Assembly: GCA_010015585.1 (NCBI GenBank)
Contig: ML975152.1
Length of the DNA: 64,000 nt
Reading direction: 5' to 3' (one strand)
Origin: Eremomyces bilateralis CBS 781.70
Lineage: Eukaryota
Below are positions 47,136 through 59,090 of this stretch, in pieces. Below the pieces are notes generated by a model, which searched no databases, had not been told where the DNA came from, and saw only the letters and a list, made by a program, of their open reading frames with translations. The translations under genes were made by a program, and so were the position numbers. Numbering within the stretch: position 1 is the stretch's first letter; the number at the start of each line of letters is the position of its first letter.

Positions 47136-48695
47136 CTAGCCTACCACGGTCTGCGGCACATACCCCATCATATACGGAGGCTGCTGAGTCGGCGCATATT
47201 GCTCGCGCCAATACGCTCCACTGACAGTTCCATTGCCGGTCCACACTCCATAGGCATGATGCGGATAATGCGGCGCGCCGTAGGCTTGCGGGGTATATGG
47301 AGCCGCGGACGGCGCCATCCCATACATACCCGGGGCGGGTGCAGGGGTCGACGCGAGGCGTCCTTGCGATTGAGGCGGAGGGCCCTGAGGAGGGAAGCCG
47401 AACATCGTGCGTCGAGAGTAGCCTTCCGTAGGGGTCCAGACGCCGGGTGTGCCGTAGTACTCGGGGGTGTTTGGCCCGGTGTGAGGCGCCGATATGGGGG
47501 ACGAATCGGTGCGTGAGTTGGCCCATGGGTCGTACTGGGAGTACGGTGGAGGTGCGGGGTTGGAGTAGCTGGCAGGGGCTTGTTGGGACGGAGCTGGATA
47601 CGTGGTCGAGTGCGGGTGCGCAGAAAGTGGTGTAAGAGTTGGATCGACGCCATCGTGATGAGAACGCGGTGTAAGTAGTCCATTGGTTTCGACGGTCAGG
47701 TGAGTTTGCTTGTTGCGAGACGAGCGGGCGACCGATTGGAACTCGTATTCCTCCCAGTGCGCCAGCCAGTTGTTGAAGCCGTTCGGTTCCGCGGGATCGC
47801 GGTGGAGGGTGTAGACCATGTCGCCGAGCCACTCGCGTTCGAGCCGATTCAAGGTTTTCACATTGATGCTGCTCACTTCGGACCAGGAACGGTTGATGAA
47901 AGTGTTGTCGTCCGCAAACTTGCTACCCAAGATCAGTGCAGTGGTCAGCATCTCAAGAACATCGCCACGGTCGTCCTGGCGGCGCTGGGGGGTGCGAGAC
48001 GAGATGATTTGCATCCGGATGGACAGGTAGTGCAAGCTGAGCAAGATGGTCGCCTTCGGGAGTCGGGTCGCGGTGAGGACGGAATTCACCCATTTGCGAT
48101 AGGTCGGTGCGATGAGCTGTCCGGGTCGTTGAATGCTGGATCCAATGTCAATATCGGCCAGGCAAATGGCGGATGATAAGAATGCATACATTCCCTGTGC
48201 CATTTCGGCCACAAAGTCTGTCATCATCTCCATGTCATAGTCGAGCTTTGCCGACACTCCTCCGGTGGCCTTCTCATCCTGGGCATTATGACGAGCATGA
48301 TTCTGAGACTGGCCACGGTCTGCGACCTGGCGATTTCGTGATGGATCGCTGATCGCCTGTGATTGTTCGTAGGGTCGCATCGGAGGGAGTGTGGATCCAT
48401 TTACTGGATCATAGTAGTGATTGACGGGTGCGAGGCCCACATGGGGATGAGGATAGGCCGGAACGTTAGGGTGATAAACCATCGGCTGATGCGCCGCTGC
48501 GGGAACTTGAGATTGATCGCAGCGAGCAGAGTAGTCGTAGCCGGCCTCCTCATGACGCCCAACGTTTGGATGGTTCGGGTAGCAGCTCTGAGGATACTGC
48601 ATGACAGAGGGATTAGCAGAGTAGCTCGGTACGTACTCTGGAGGCGTCAGAGGCAGATGGCCTCGAGGCAGTGAACGAGGATAGAAAGCCGGCAT
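47136..48695 (-). CDS. Pcl-family cyclin, Clg1/Mug80-like
   Basis: LPLTPP N-terminus, GGVSAKLDYDMEMMTDFV, YRKWVNSVLTATRLPKATILLSLHYL, ALILGSKFADDNTFINRSWSEVS, LNRLEREWL. First in-frame ATG at 48695; the ORF-track start at 48908 is TTG. Confidence 0.9.
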   Translation of the reverse strand: MPAFYPRSLPRGHLPLTPPEYVPSYSANPSVMQYPQSCYPNHPNVGRHEEAGYDYSARCDQSQVPAAAHQPMVYHPNVPAYPHPHVGLAPVNHYYDPVNGSTLPPMRPYEQSQAISDPSRNRQVADRGQSQNHARHNAQDEKATGGVSAKLDYDMEMMTDFVAEMAQGMYAFLSSAICLADIDIGSSIQRPGQLIAPTYRKWVNSVLTATRLPKATILLSLHYLSIRMQIISSRTPQRRQDDRGDVLEMLTTALILGSKFADDNTFINRSWSEVSSINVKTLNRLEREWLGDMVYTLHRDPAEPNGFNNWLAHWEEYEFQSVARSSRNKQTHLTVETNGLLTPRSHHDGVDPTLTPLSAHPHSTTYPAPSQQAPASYSNPAPPPYSQYDPWANSRTDSSPISAPHTGPNTPEYYGTPGVWTPTEGYSRRTMFGFPPQGPPPQSQGRLASTPAPAPGMYGMAPSAAPYTPQAYGAPHYPHHAYGVWTGNGTVSGAYWREQYAPTQQPPYMMGYVPQTVVG

Positions 48696-49723
48696 GGTCG
48701 ACACGGATTTGCGGAGAAAGCAAGAAACGGGTGTGGAGGCACACGCTGCGAAAAGAATATCAGTACCGAGAATTTTGAATTGGAGTATTGGCCGAAGAAA
48801 GCCATTGTTATGACGTACCGGTCCTTTGCTTTCCACCAACAAGGAGGGAGGGAGCGAAAGCTCGAAAGCGAACAACGAAAACTCTTTTAGGTAAGGCTCT
48901 TCATGCAATGTCCAATGTCGGATGTTTGTTCAATAGTGGTAGGATGAATTGAAGGAAAGAAAAGGTAGGTGAGACAGTCGACGACCGGTGTTTTACCGGT
49001 AAACGGTTGATTCCCAGCGTCGGGTCGATTAAGACGACATTTGTGTTGATGAAAATATTGCTCGATTCGGTCGCACGACTCAAGATGCCGCGTTGAGGAT
49101 GATGTCGAAGTGTCGAGACGGTAGAGGAATATGGCTGGTGGTTGGTTGTGCGGTTCAAAGTGCGAGGGCAACTCGAACGAAGATATTGAGGTAATACCAC
49201 AGTCGGACGACGCTAAATCAATAGGTCGTCAATAGACCCAAGAATCCTCTCGATGGTTCAAGTGAGGAATCAAGTCGGTTGAGTATGTTCGAGAACTGAT
49301 GTGAGGCGACTTGGAGGATATGCCAAAGGGATATGCCGTGACCAACTCTTCCCGAAAGAATGCCAGAGGGAAAACCGCCGAAGAATGATGATATCCCAAG
49401 GAAGACTTTTGTTCGAAGAGCGATGCGAGGGGAATGAAATGCAATGGGGTTTCGTGTAGAAAAGTCGTCAGGTTCGTGTCGTCGGAGTCCGCTCTAGGAA
49501 TGCCACAGAGCTCCAGGCAATCGCACACAAACTGGACCTTGCGACCACTCTTGTGGGAGGTTTCAGACTTGCACCGGACAGTAGCGGATACAAGAATAGC
49601 AGCCACGTAGGATTTCAGTAAAGAGTGGAAGGAGGAGCGAGGTAGGCGGCGATGATGACGGAAAGGAGGGAGAAGGGGAGTCTGTCTGTGTGAGAGAGAA
49701 CAGAGAGCCAGGAGTGGACTATG

Positions 49724-49760
49724 GTGTGTGTGTGTGTGTGTGTGTGTGGGTGTGTGTGTG
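49724..49760. repeat. (GT)n/(CA)n microsatellite
   Basis: GTGTGT run of ~37 bp with one GGG interruption, upstream of the cyclin gene. Confidence 0.95.
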
Positions 49761-52700
49761 GACTGTGGGCTGTGGACTGTGCGGAGGGAGAGGAAAAACC
49801 GGCAGGCTGAGTTTGCACCTTTTTTCAGCAACCAGAGCGGGCGGCGGATTGGAACGGGATCGGGGGCCACGGAGCGCCTGTTCGTCAGTGGTCAGACTGC
49901 GCTAAACACTAGTCACTTTAGGGTGGTTCTGCCCGTCCAGGTGTCCACGGATCTCCCATAGGAAGGATCGTGCCGCAAGGGAAGAATTGGCCGGTTGCGT
50001 GGGCTGTTGGTGTCTTGGTGATGGTGAGTCGTGGTTGTGTGACTGTGTCAGGCCTAAGTGAATACGGGAATGAGAGGTGGAGGGGGTGAAAAGGAGCTGA
50101 AGATTGATCGAATGGGGCAAGATGGAAAAATTCAAAGAAAAAGCGATGAAGTGAAATTTGGTTGGAGTGAAAAAGATGGATGGGCGAATTGAATAATGAG
50201 CACTCATGAGTCCTTTGCCGGCTTATTCGACCATTTCCGCATTCAGTCCTTCAGTAATTCCATTGAATAATCCACCCGCGATTCAACATAATAATAGTAT
50301 TAGCCCGTGTCTCCAGAAGCGGAGCGGATGGGGGCAATAATGGGCATGAGGGCATCAAAGGCCTGGGTTAAGGCTCGCAAGTTGCAGCAGCACACACAGG
50401 CGCACGCATCACACACACCAAACAACATGAACACACCACTGGGCCACTCATCCGACCGCCGACGCCCGCACGGTACAACTGACAAGTGACAACCCTAACA
50501 CCCCATCGAGCATCCACACAACCAGTGACCAGCCAAACCGTATGATGGGCATGCACCAGCCAAATTTGGACCCTGTGCAAATTGCTAAGAGTAAAGGCCT
50601 CCTGAAGTCCTGATGGACCACTGAAGTGCATCCGGATGAATCCCTTTCATCAATCATCATTCATGATCCTGTTCACATAATCTTATCCCAATCAAACAAA
50701 CACACCACCCGGAAGCTTTGAAAAGGCCTTCTGGTCTTCCATTCCCTGTCGGTTGTCAGACAAAGCCAACTGATCCAACTACAACCCTACTCCGTACTGT
50801 GCCTCACGGAAAATCCTGTTAACAAAAATAACTAATAAGAAGTAAAAGCAATCGGCAAGCACATGCGAGGACAGGGTCTTGGTTGCCAAACGGCTGTAAT
50901 TAACTTGGTAAAATTGCACGTTTCTCCGTATCCCGGGGGAGTTGCCTTATTGCCTACGCTCTCCCCTGCATTTCACCTGAAATGCCAGGTAACATTCAAC
51001 TCGTATCCGGCCTAGCTCGAGTCCCAATGGAGGAATGACCGTGCTCCCTCCCCTCCTGATTGGTCCATGATCATCATATTGTCACCGATGGATCCAGTCT
51101 GCACCTCTGACAAAGCCGCCATCGGACTCCCATCCTCGCATCCTACTTGCATCCCCCCTCCCTCATTTCTCGGCGGTTCTGTGGTGGCAGCAGGTCTGGC
51201 AAGCAGCGAAACTCAAATGGCTTGATTCCCAAATCAAAATGCAAGTGCGAACCGCGACGAGGAGGGAAAAAAGCCACCGTTCTCATCACCTGCCCAATGA
51301 TACCGGACAATACGAACTTGCCCGTGCGAGACCCCCTCCGCATTCCTCCGTGGGTCGGTTCCGGCGAGGAAATTCATCTGCCTACAGCCTACAGGAGAGT
51401 CAGTATTGTCGATGTGTGGAGAGTCGGGAGATATCCCATTCGCTCGATTGGACGCAGTGGATTTATGCACTGGTGACTGGTGAAAGTGGCATGGGGTTTG
51501 CCAGGTTGCCGACTCTATCACGTTCTTTAGCCACTGTCGATGATCCAGAATATTCGACGGATAATAATGAAAGCTCGAATCAAAGGTCGATGCACCAGGA
51601 GATGATTACGACTCACTCACTCTACAGGGCGGTGATCGTGGTCCTTCATAGCAGGGCGGTGGAGCCAAGTTTAACATATTTGATGGGACAGGCAGATGTC
51701 AATCCATGGACCATGATCGATGGACACCATACGCGTTGCCTAGCCCATCCTCCTGAAATTTCGACCGTCGTCTGGAATATTTGCCTGCAGCCTACAGTTC
51801 AAGGATCTTTTGTCAATATTCTGTGACGGGAATCAAGTCGACTCAGACGGAGTAGGTAATACTGCAGGTTCGAGGACTGTCGTCATACATTCGATGGCTT
51901 TTTTCTCCTGCACTTCTCACAGCCAGATCTTTCCTGGTCGGTGGCGATGGGATCTCCCTACCCCCCTCCGTCAGACCTTGATGATATGTATCAGGTTTCG
52001 GTACGGAATAATACATGTTTCGCCATCTAAACGTGCGCAAGTCAGGCGGCCCAAATGGATTCATCAAACGACTTAGGGCACCGAGCAGCGATTTCAGCTT
52101 CCAGATTCATATTGGGCTCGCAGGCGCCATATACAAAAATGGTCACACGTTTTGGCCGCACAGGGGCATCGCGTGGAGGGTTATTGCACCTATATTATCT
52201 CCACTATTGAGCATCTGTCCCCGCGTCCTCCGCATTTCTGTGGAGGGTTGTTCATGTGTCGAAGGCGTGGGAATTCCGATCGACTTCAATATCGGGGGGC
52301 CCTTAATATGATTTGAGCCGCGGAACGGATTGAGGGATCATGGGATGTAATGGCATATTAGCATTTGGCATACCTTTCACAATCTCTGACTCCGATTTTC
52401 GACAAGAGTAACTAATATGGTCCTTCGTCGTCCAGACGAGATGCAACATAACCGGCACCCAACAGCCGTCTCATCCACCTCGTGCCCAACCATGTCCACG
52501 TCAGGAACCGTCGTCTGTACTCACAGCAGATGGGCAGCGCGACCGACATGGTCCACGCAAAAACCCTTCATCCGGTTGCAGCGTTAGTTTCGTTCAAGTT
52601 TGTCGCCGACCGTTGCAGCTCATCGTATCATGGGGCCGGATCGCCTCCCGCCAATGCAAGACACTTCGACACCATCTCCAATTACCCACGCCATGGTTTG

Positions 52701-54091
52701 CCCCGAGGTAAAGGGTTCACGCTTCACTGCAACTTGTTCGTCCATGCAGCGCAGCTATCTCGTTTTCGGCGGCGGATGCGTGGGTGCGACCATCGTGGTC
52801 ATTGGTCTGTTGGGTCGGCTACCACCGGGCGGGAGGGGGACTTCATTCTAGTTTTTGTATAACGCGTTTTCTAGGCTCGCCCACGCGGGTGGCGCCAACC
52901 GCGGCTTTTGCAAATGGATGTCACCATTTCCAAGGAGCCTATATCGGAGAAAACGAAGTAGGGTTCGGCAGACGCAAACTTTGGGTTCAGACTCTTCAGA
53001 GTCTCTGGATTTGAATCTCCTTCGGGTTAGGGGTTGGGCTTCAATGGCTTCAGGCTTGCGGGTTCGCCCGTGAGCAGGTGCCAGTAACCGAGTAGGTACA
53101 TCACGGCAATTAGCAGCCCGGCAAGTGTTGAATCGACTACAAAGGTCAAAGCACGTATAAACTAGTAGAGGTACGTACTTGGACTTAGCTCTAATGAATC
53201 ATGATGGACCTGATGTCAGAATCTACGCCAGCGTGCGATCCAGGCCGTTCTCTGATCATCATTGTGACTTGATGTCGTCCATCCGGACACTCGCAGAGTC
53301 GCAGTTCGTCTGACTGATCGTGATCATGCTCCGCGCCACGCATGCTCCTCCTCGTTTACGGACAGTACCGCCGAGAGGCGTCAAGTGTCATCATCCTCAA
53401 CACGAACTGCGAGACCGATTTAGAACGTCCCATGCCAGGCAGCTGCTAAACGAGGAGCCCAGCTACTGGAGCTAGATCCATCGGTTGGTTGGTTGGGTGT
53501 GTAAGAACTATCGTTAGCTGTCTTATTAGGCAGCTCGAAATATCTCTGCAGTCAGATTGTCTGCCGCGAATTGGGCAGCGATACCCTATGCCGCCTATAT
53601 TGTTTCTAGGAGCGATTATCAAATCTGAGGGAATGTTTTTTGGATCATGGCTGGTTCTTGCAGAACAACAACAGAACCTTCAGTTGAGTTCGAATGTTCA
53701 GTTGTGCTCATGAATTTTGGTGGGTATGATGTAAGGCTCCATGGCCATAAGGCTTATGAATATATCAGATTGGGAGGCTGGCCAGGCTCCATCAGATGTC
53801 TATCCGATGATTCATAATATTTCGAACCATATCTTCAGGGTCGAAAACTCCGAATCACCAATTACCGCATTTCAGATTTGCCGAAAGACTACTTTCAGAT
53901 AGGCATGATAGGTCAATACAATACTCTGGTTCTGTAGGCTGGGGTACACCAAGAGCGAACTGTCATCAATTTCACCTACTGCCATATATTCCGAGTCAAT
54001 CCCGTTGTTTTACGAAAAAGTTCGGAGATATCTCTTGCCAATTATTTCTTGATGCAAGGACAGCTATAGAAGTAAATCAATCTAGATAAAC

Positions 54092-54597
54092 ATGAAGGAA
54101 CTGCTCTCCCAGAGATACAATGGCGATCAAATCACCGAGGAGATGCTCGAAGAGGCCTCGAAGCTGTTCTCCGAGAACTACGGGATGTGGAGCGAGCACG
54201 CGCCACGGCTGATGGGGAAGTCCATGAAGGCGGGTAAGTCGAAGCATATAAAACACGGCCATCCGAATCGGATGCCCTGTGCGCCAGCGAACCAACTGAC
54301 CATGGTAGGTCGACCCGTTCGACTCAGTAGCGAGCGACAGCGACAGGAGTGTATCCCCAACCACAACTCATCATACGCACGAGACACTGTCAACGGTCAA
54401 CCGGCCGGGCACGCCTTCGCCTGTCGGTGGACGGTGGGAGGAATGACGGTGTGCTGGATCACCCAGCTGGTGGTCCATGGGTGCGGGAATCGAGGGAATG
54501 GCCCTTGAGAGAGCTGATAGACGGGCATGAATTCGTCCTTGTCATGAAAGCGAGACATCGTGCGAGGGGCGAAGCGTCATATAACCACTCGGGGTAA
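54092..54597 (+). pseudogene. Internally deleted, putative GNAT-like fungal hypothetical gene
   Basis: ITEEMLEEASKLFSENYGMWS; an intron-like GTAAGT...CTGAC...TAG at ~54234-54308; RPVRLS, GHAFACRW, VCWITQLVVH; then a shift into WPLRELIDGHEFVLVM, which looks like a C-terminal motif. Confidence 0.5.
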
Positions 54598-55225
54598 CAT
54601 GGTAGAGCAGTGAAAGGTTAGCGATGTCGAGGATCGGGATTCGGGGCGTATGACTTCAGGGCGTCCAAACTCTCAACCGATACCTTCTTTTCGCCTTACA
54701 TTACTATTAGGAGATTGGAAATACCGTCTGATACCCCTTATAGAGGTAACTCGGTAATTACGAGTCGGCTTTCACGTCGGATGGAGGACGTCGAAAGTGA
54801 GGGACGGTCCATTTCTTGCGCACTAGGTCGCCCAAACCCTAAAACGAAAAGTAGGGAAAGAGTTCCGTTTAGTTCGGATCACGTCTTCCACGACAACCAC
54901 AAGTGTGGTTAGTTGTAGCCTGTGGGATGGGTGGCTGGAGTGGATGACAGATAGGTCTCATTGATTCGATTTTGGATGGTGGGTTAGCCTGTGTTTACCG
55001 AGCGTCACAGTGAGTTCACACTCAACGAGATAGTGGATCTTGATCAGGCCGCTGTTGAGATAGGTACAGAGGCACATAGCGTGATTTTGGACTTTTCATT
55101 GAGCCATTAAACCTAACACCATATAAAGATGTTCCATTTTCCCGGCCAAAGGGACACGCCTATGCTCCAGAGCTTCCCATGATATCGTTGCAAGGAAGTC
55201 ACATCCGTACCGTCACTTCACACGC

Positions 55226-56661
55226 CTAGTTCATCTGCCTGATCAGGGCGTTGATGTGCTCCTCCCGGTTACCCAAGTCACCACCCTCAATGAAGTGCTT
55301 GAATTTCCTGGTGCGGAACCCTCCGGTAGGGTTGGAGAGCTTGAACGGCCAGAGGAAGTTGGAGGCCTGCTTGAAGTTGGGGCCGACGGTGTAGATCTCG
55401 TGGATCAGATCCTCCATGCACACAATGCCGTACTTGCCGACGTGCTCCTCGATGAGGGCGTTGTCGGTGAGCGGGATGCGCTGCTTGTTGATCTTGCCAT
55501 ATCCGCGCTTGTAGATCAGCTCACGGACGGACTTGAGGTTGGGGTAGCCGTAGGCGACGAAGGGCTCGACGATCTTCAACATCTCAAGAGTGGCCTTGGT
55601 GAGACGGACGAAGATGCCGTTGTTGATCTGGAGGAGACGGAGGAGTTGGAGGGTCTTTCGCTTCTTGGGGTCAATCTTGTTGATACTGGATGCAGGTTAG
55701 ATGGTGTTCAATAAGCGAAGATTGATGATGACATACCCCTTGATACGAACGACGAAGACGAGCTTGTGCTCTTCAGGGACATAGTAGGAGCCCTCTTGCT
55801 TTGCAAGACGGGAGAGTCTGATCTTCTCCCGCTCTGCGTCCCGGTATTCCTTGATGTATGACTCGGCACGCTTGAAGATGGTCTTGCGCTTCTCCTTGTT
55901 GGCCTAGAGATCGGTTGTCAGCCAACCGCTCATTGATTCGCATGAAGAAAATGTAGAGGCAAAATAAGATCAGTCCCGAAAGATGGTTAACAAAGCGACA
56001 ACATCGACCGTAGTCTAGTCGCAGATTGCGTATTTATCATCACCAAAGTGCATGGTTAAAACAGAGAATAAGAACTTACATCACGCTTCTTCTGCAACTC
56101 GGCGGCACGAGTTTCGCGCTCCTTCTCCTGGCTCTTGCGCTTCTTCAGGAGAGTCTCAGGCACCAGAATCTGGTCCTTGGTAGGGACGGACCTGTTACCC
56201 GATGAAATGTCAGAAATGGTTGCGTTTTACCAAATATGAGAGCTCTTAGAAGAGAAGTGCAGCGATGCGGCATTCTCAACTGGAGGATAGACTCGACAGA
56301 ACGACTTTAGTCGATGAGGGATGGAGTTGTCGTTCTAGCTGTTACGCCAGGGACTATGTTCTCTCATCCTGGCCTCAAACGACAAAACCTCGAATTTTCA
56401 TTCGAGAACTTTGCTAGCAGTGCGGAAGCACGTAGCAGACAAATTTAAGAGAGAAGAAGACCTTCAACCCCAAAACCTCGCTCCGAGACATCCATTAGCA
56501 ATCGAGTGACTGCCGATGGCGCTCATTGCAAGACGTGATCGAGCTGGGACTGCGAGGCAGTCATCCAGCGAGTAATAGCCGCGAACCATTCTGCATTCTT
56601 TCTTCGGGCATCAGTAGATCTAGGATATAGGTGGTACATACGTCGTCTTCTGAGGAGCCAT
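55226..56661 (-). CDS. RPL7: 60S ribosomal protein L7 (uL30), 4 exons
   Basis: MAPQKT|...[95 protein letters not shown]. Confidence 0.97.
55970..56043 (-). ncRNA. Intronic box C/D snoRNA, snR39B/SNORD2-like guide
   Basis: In RPL7 intron 2: box C GTGATGA (56043-56037), box D CTGA (55973-55970), preceded by ACCATCTTTCGGG, complementary to conserved LSU rRNA CCCGAAAGAUGGU. Confidence 0.9.
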
Positions 56662-57594
56662 CTTGTCGGTATGGAAGGGAACTCCGGGTTGTGGAATGAA
56701 GAAGCTGGAGATGTGCGGTGGAAGATTTGGCGAAGAAAATAGAGATTTTGTGGTGCGTGGGAGCTTGGACCACTACCGAAATGTGAGTGTTGATGCCCCA
56801 GGCCACAACCCTTTTTAATTTAAACTTGATGCCTCAGGCTATAAATTTGACTAACTCAAACTCTTGTCACGTGCCAATCAACCTTAAATACTTATCACTG
56901 TTGATGAAATCAACACACGTCTGATGCTATTCAGTGAAGAGGGCTATACAGCTAGTCCTTCATATCTATAATGCAGTCCTTCATATGTAGTAATAAATCA
57001 AATCATTCGGGTTACCCATAGCGTGCCACAGCGGTTTCATTGGTGTATGAAAGAATGACAAGTCCGCAAGACAGTGAACCCGAAAATAGCACGGGCTGTT
57101 GCTACGCGGACCATTGCCCCAACGCCCACATCTCACTCAGCAGGGGGCTCGCCCGAGAACTAACCCTAAACAAGTTGGCTCGTTGTCGAAGACGATGCCG
57201 GATGCCCAAGTTTTGCCTCCTTGTCCCAACATCACTATTGATGCCCCCATACCGTCCAATTTTTCCATTTCATCTCACGTTCGACCCCTTTACTCTCGCT
57301 CAGAGCCTTATATTCGACTATTCATTCGTTGGGAACACCCTCACTCGCTCGGGTGTGCGACCATCACCGTGAAGTCTTGACAGGTTCGCTTCCACGTACT
57401 TCTTCATTCAGGCGGACTCGACTCGTTCCATCACCCTTGGAGTCGACGATAATACGCATCCGAATCCGAACCCGACCCTTTTGGAATCTATTCTCAGAGA
57501 CATCGACGACGTTACTTTGGGGAAAACAGGGGCGCGTATCGACAGATACTTGAGACACGGTGGTTTGGGACAGTGACGACATCAAAACCTCAAA

Positions 57595-58617
57595 ATGAGG
57601 ACAACACAACTTCTTGTGGCCCTGGTGTCGGTGTCATCAATAGCGTCGGCATGGCCGTGGCCAAACAAAGCGATCGAGGCGCATGTCAAGAGGGGGGTGG
57701 AGAATCTAATATACGGGAGACAAGATGAGAGTATGTTCCATTACTATTATCGGACGAGATGAAAATCTCTTTGAATTCCTTGAAACATCTCACTGACATC
57801 CATCTCCTCTTAGGCACCTCACAAACCCGGTCGGCCTCAGATGCCCAAGAAACAACATCGCCATCGGCATCTGGATCCGCAGCGGCCTCGAAATCCGCCC
57901 CGGACTCCAAGACTGCCTCAATTACTAGCTCCCCATCCGGCAGCTCTCGCCCATCCGGCTCTGCCAGCGATAGCGGGAGCGCCAGCAAAACTGATTCAGA
58001 CGCCAGCCAAACCACCGAATACGACCCCCGTCTGCCAGCCGGCGGCATCGAAATGGTGAAGCCTGGACGCTTCGACGGGCAGCAATACTACAAAATCGGC
58101 GAATACGTGACCTTCAAGTGGAACTACACGTCGCTCTCGGCCACCCCGACCGCCATCGATGTGCTGGCGTCGTGTTCGCTGAACCAGGCGACCTACACGC
58201 TGACGTCCAATATGACCACGGGGCCCACCGGCGAGGTGGTCTGGGACACGAAGCAGTATGAGAACACGGGGACGCAGGAGCTGATCACCGAGAAGTACAC
58301 TCTGATCATCTACGATGCGGCGAGTGCGATTACCGCGATCCCGAAACCCGGGTATTTGGGACTGTTCAGCTCTTTCACCTTTGGGATGTATCAAAAGCAG
58401 GATTACAAAGACTTGGATGGTAAGTCGTTTCGCTTCGGTTGACAATCGGGTGTCCGCTGACGTTTCTATCTGCACAGAGTTCCAATGCGCAACCTGCTTG
58501 AATTCCGGTGCGCTCACGGCCATGGAACGACAAACTCTTACCACGATGCTTACGGTGGCGTTCGTCACCATGTTGTCGTTCACCTTCTTCGCTACCGGCC
58601 GTTTCGGCATCTTCTAA
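57595..58617 (+). CDS. Secreted/membrane-anchored Ser/Thr-rich fungal protein, 3 exons
   Basis: Signal peptide MRTTQLLVALVSVSSIASAWPWP; S/T stalk; DPRLPAGGIEMVKP, YYKIGEYVTFKWNYTSL, WDT, YTLIIYD, FGMY; FQCATC and a hydrophobic C-terminus. Confidence 0.82.
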
Positions 58618-59090
58618 GTGGTTGGATGAGATGGTAAGGAGGTGGAAGGGATCATCCTGCGTTGGACCCTCACTTTTGCATTCGGGGCGTCATTTGGTGC
58701 GTTTCATTTACGGGAAAGTAGCGCCATCTTATGAACATTTCATTGTGCATATTATATCACGCTCATTACACGACCACAAGACAGGCAGGAAAGCGATCAG
58801 GGTTATGGGCTAGTCATTCGCGGCGTTGGAGCCGTTCTTTCATTGCGAGCACTGGTTGTGGAGAGTCTGGTCTGCGAAATTTATTGAGTTTGCTGTCGAG
58901 CACTGGAGCGATAATAATCTATGCCAAGGTCGCCTTTGAGGGTGGCCTTGGTAGGAGATAGTTAATGCCATAATTCTTCTTGATATCATTCAGTCGTATG
59001 TCTTATGCGTCGTGAGGTTGCTTGTCGGCCTCTCATTGAAAAAGGTTACAAGGACGTCGGTCGAACCTGAACCTGATCTCCTACGAACTA

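Noticed and set aside
48696..48908. 71-aa N-terminal extension of the cyclin in the ORF track
   Set aside because: Starts at TTG and spans a probable 73-nt intron; better explained as 5' UTR.
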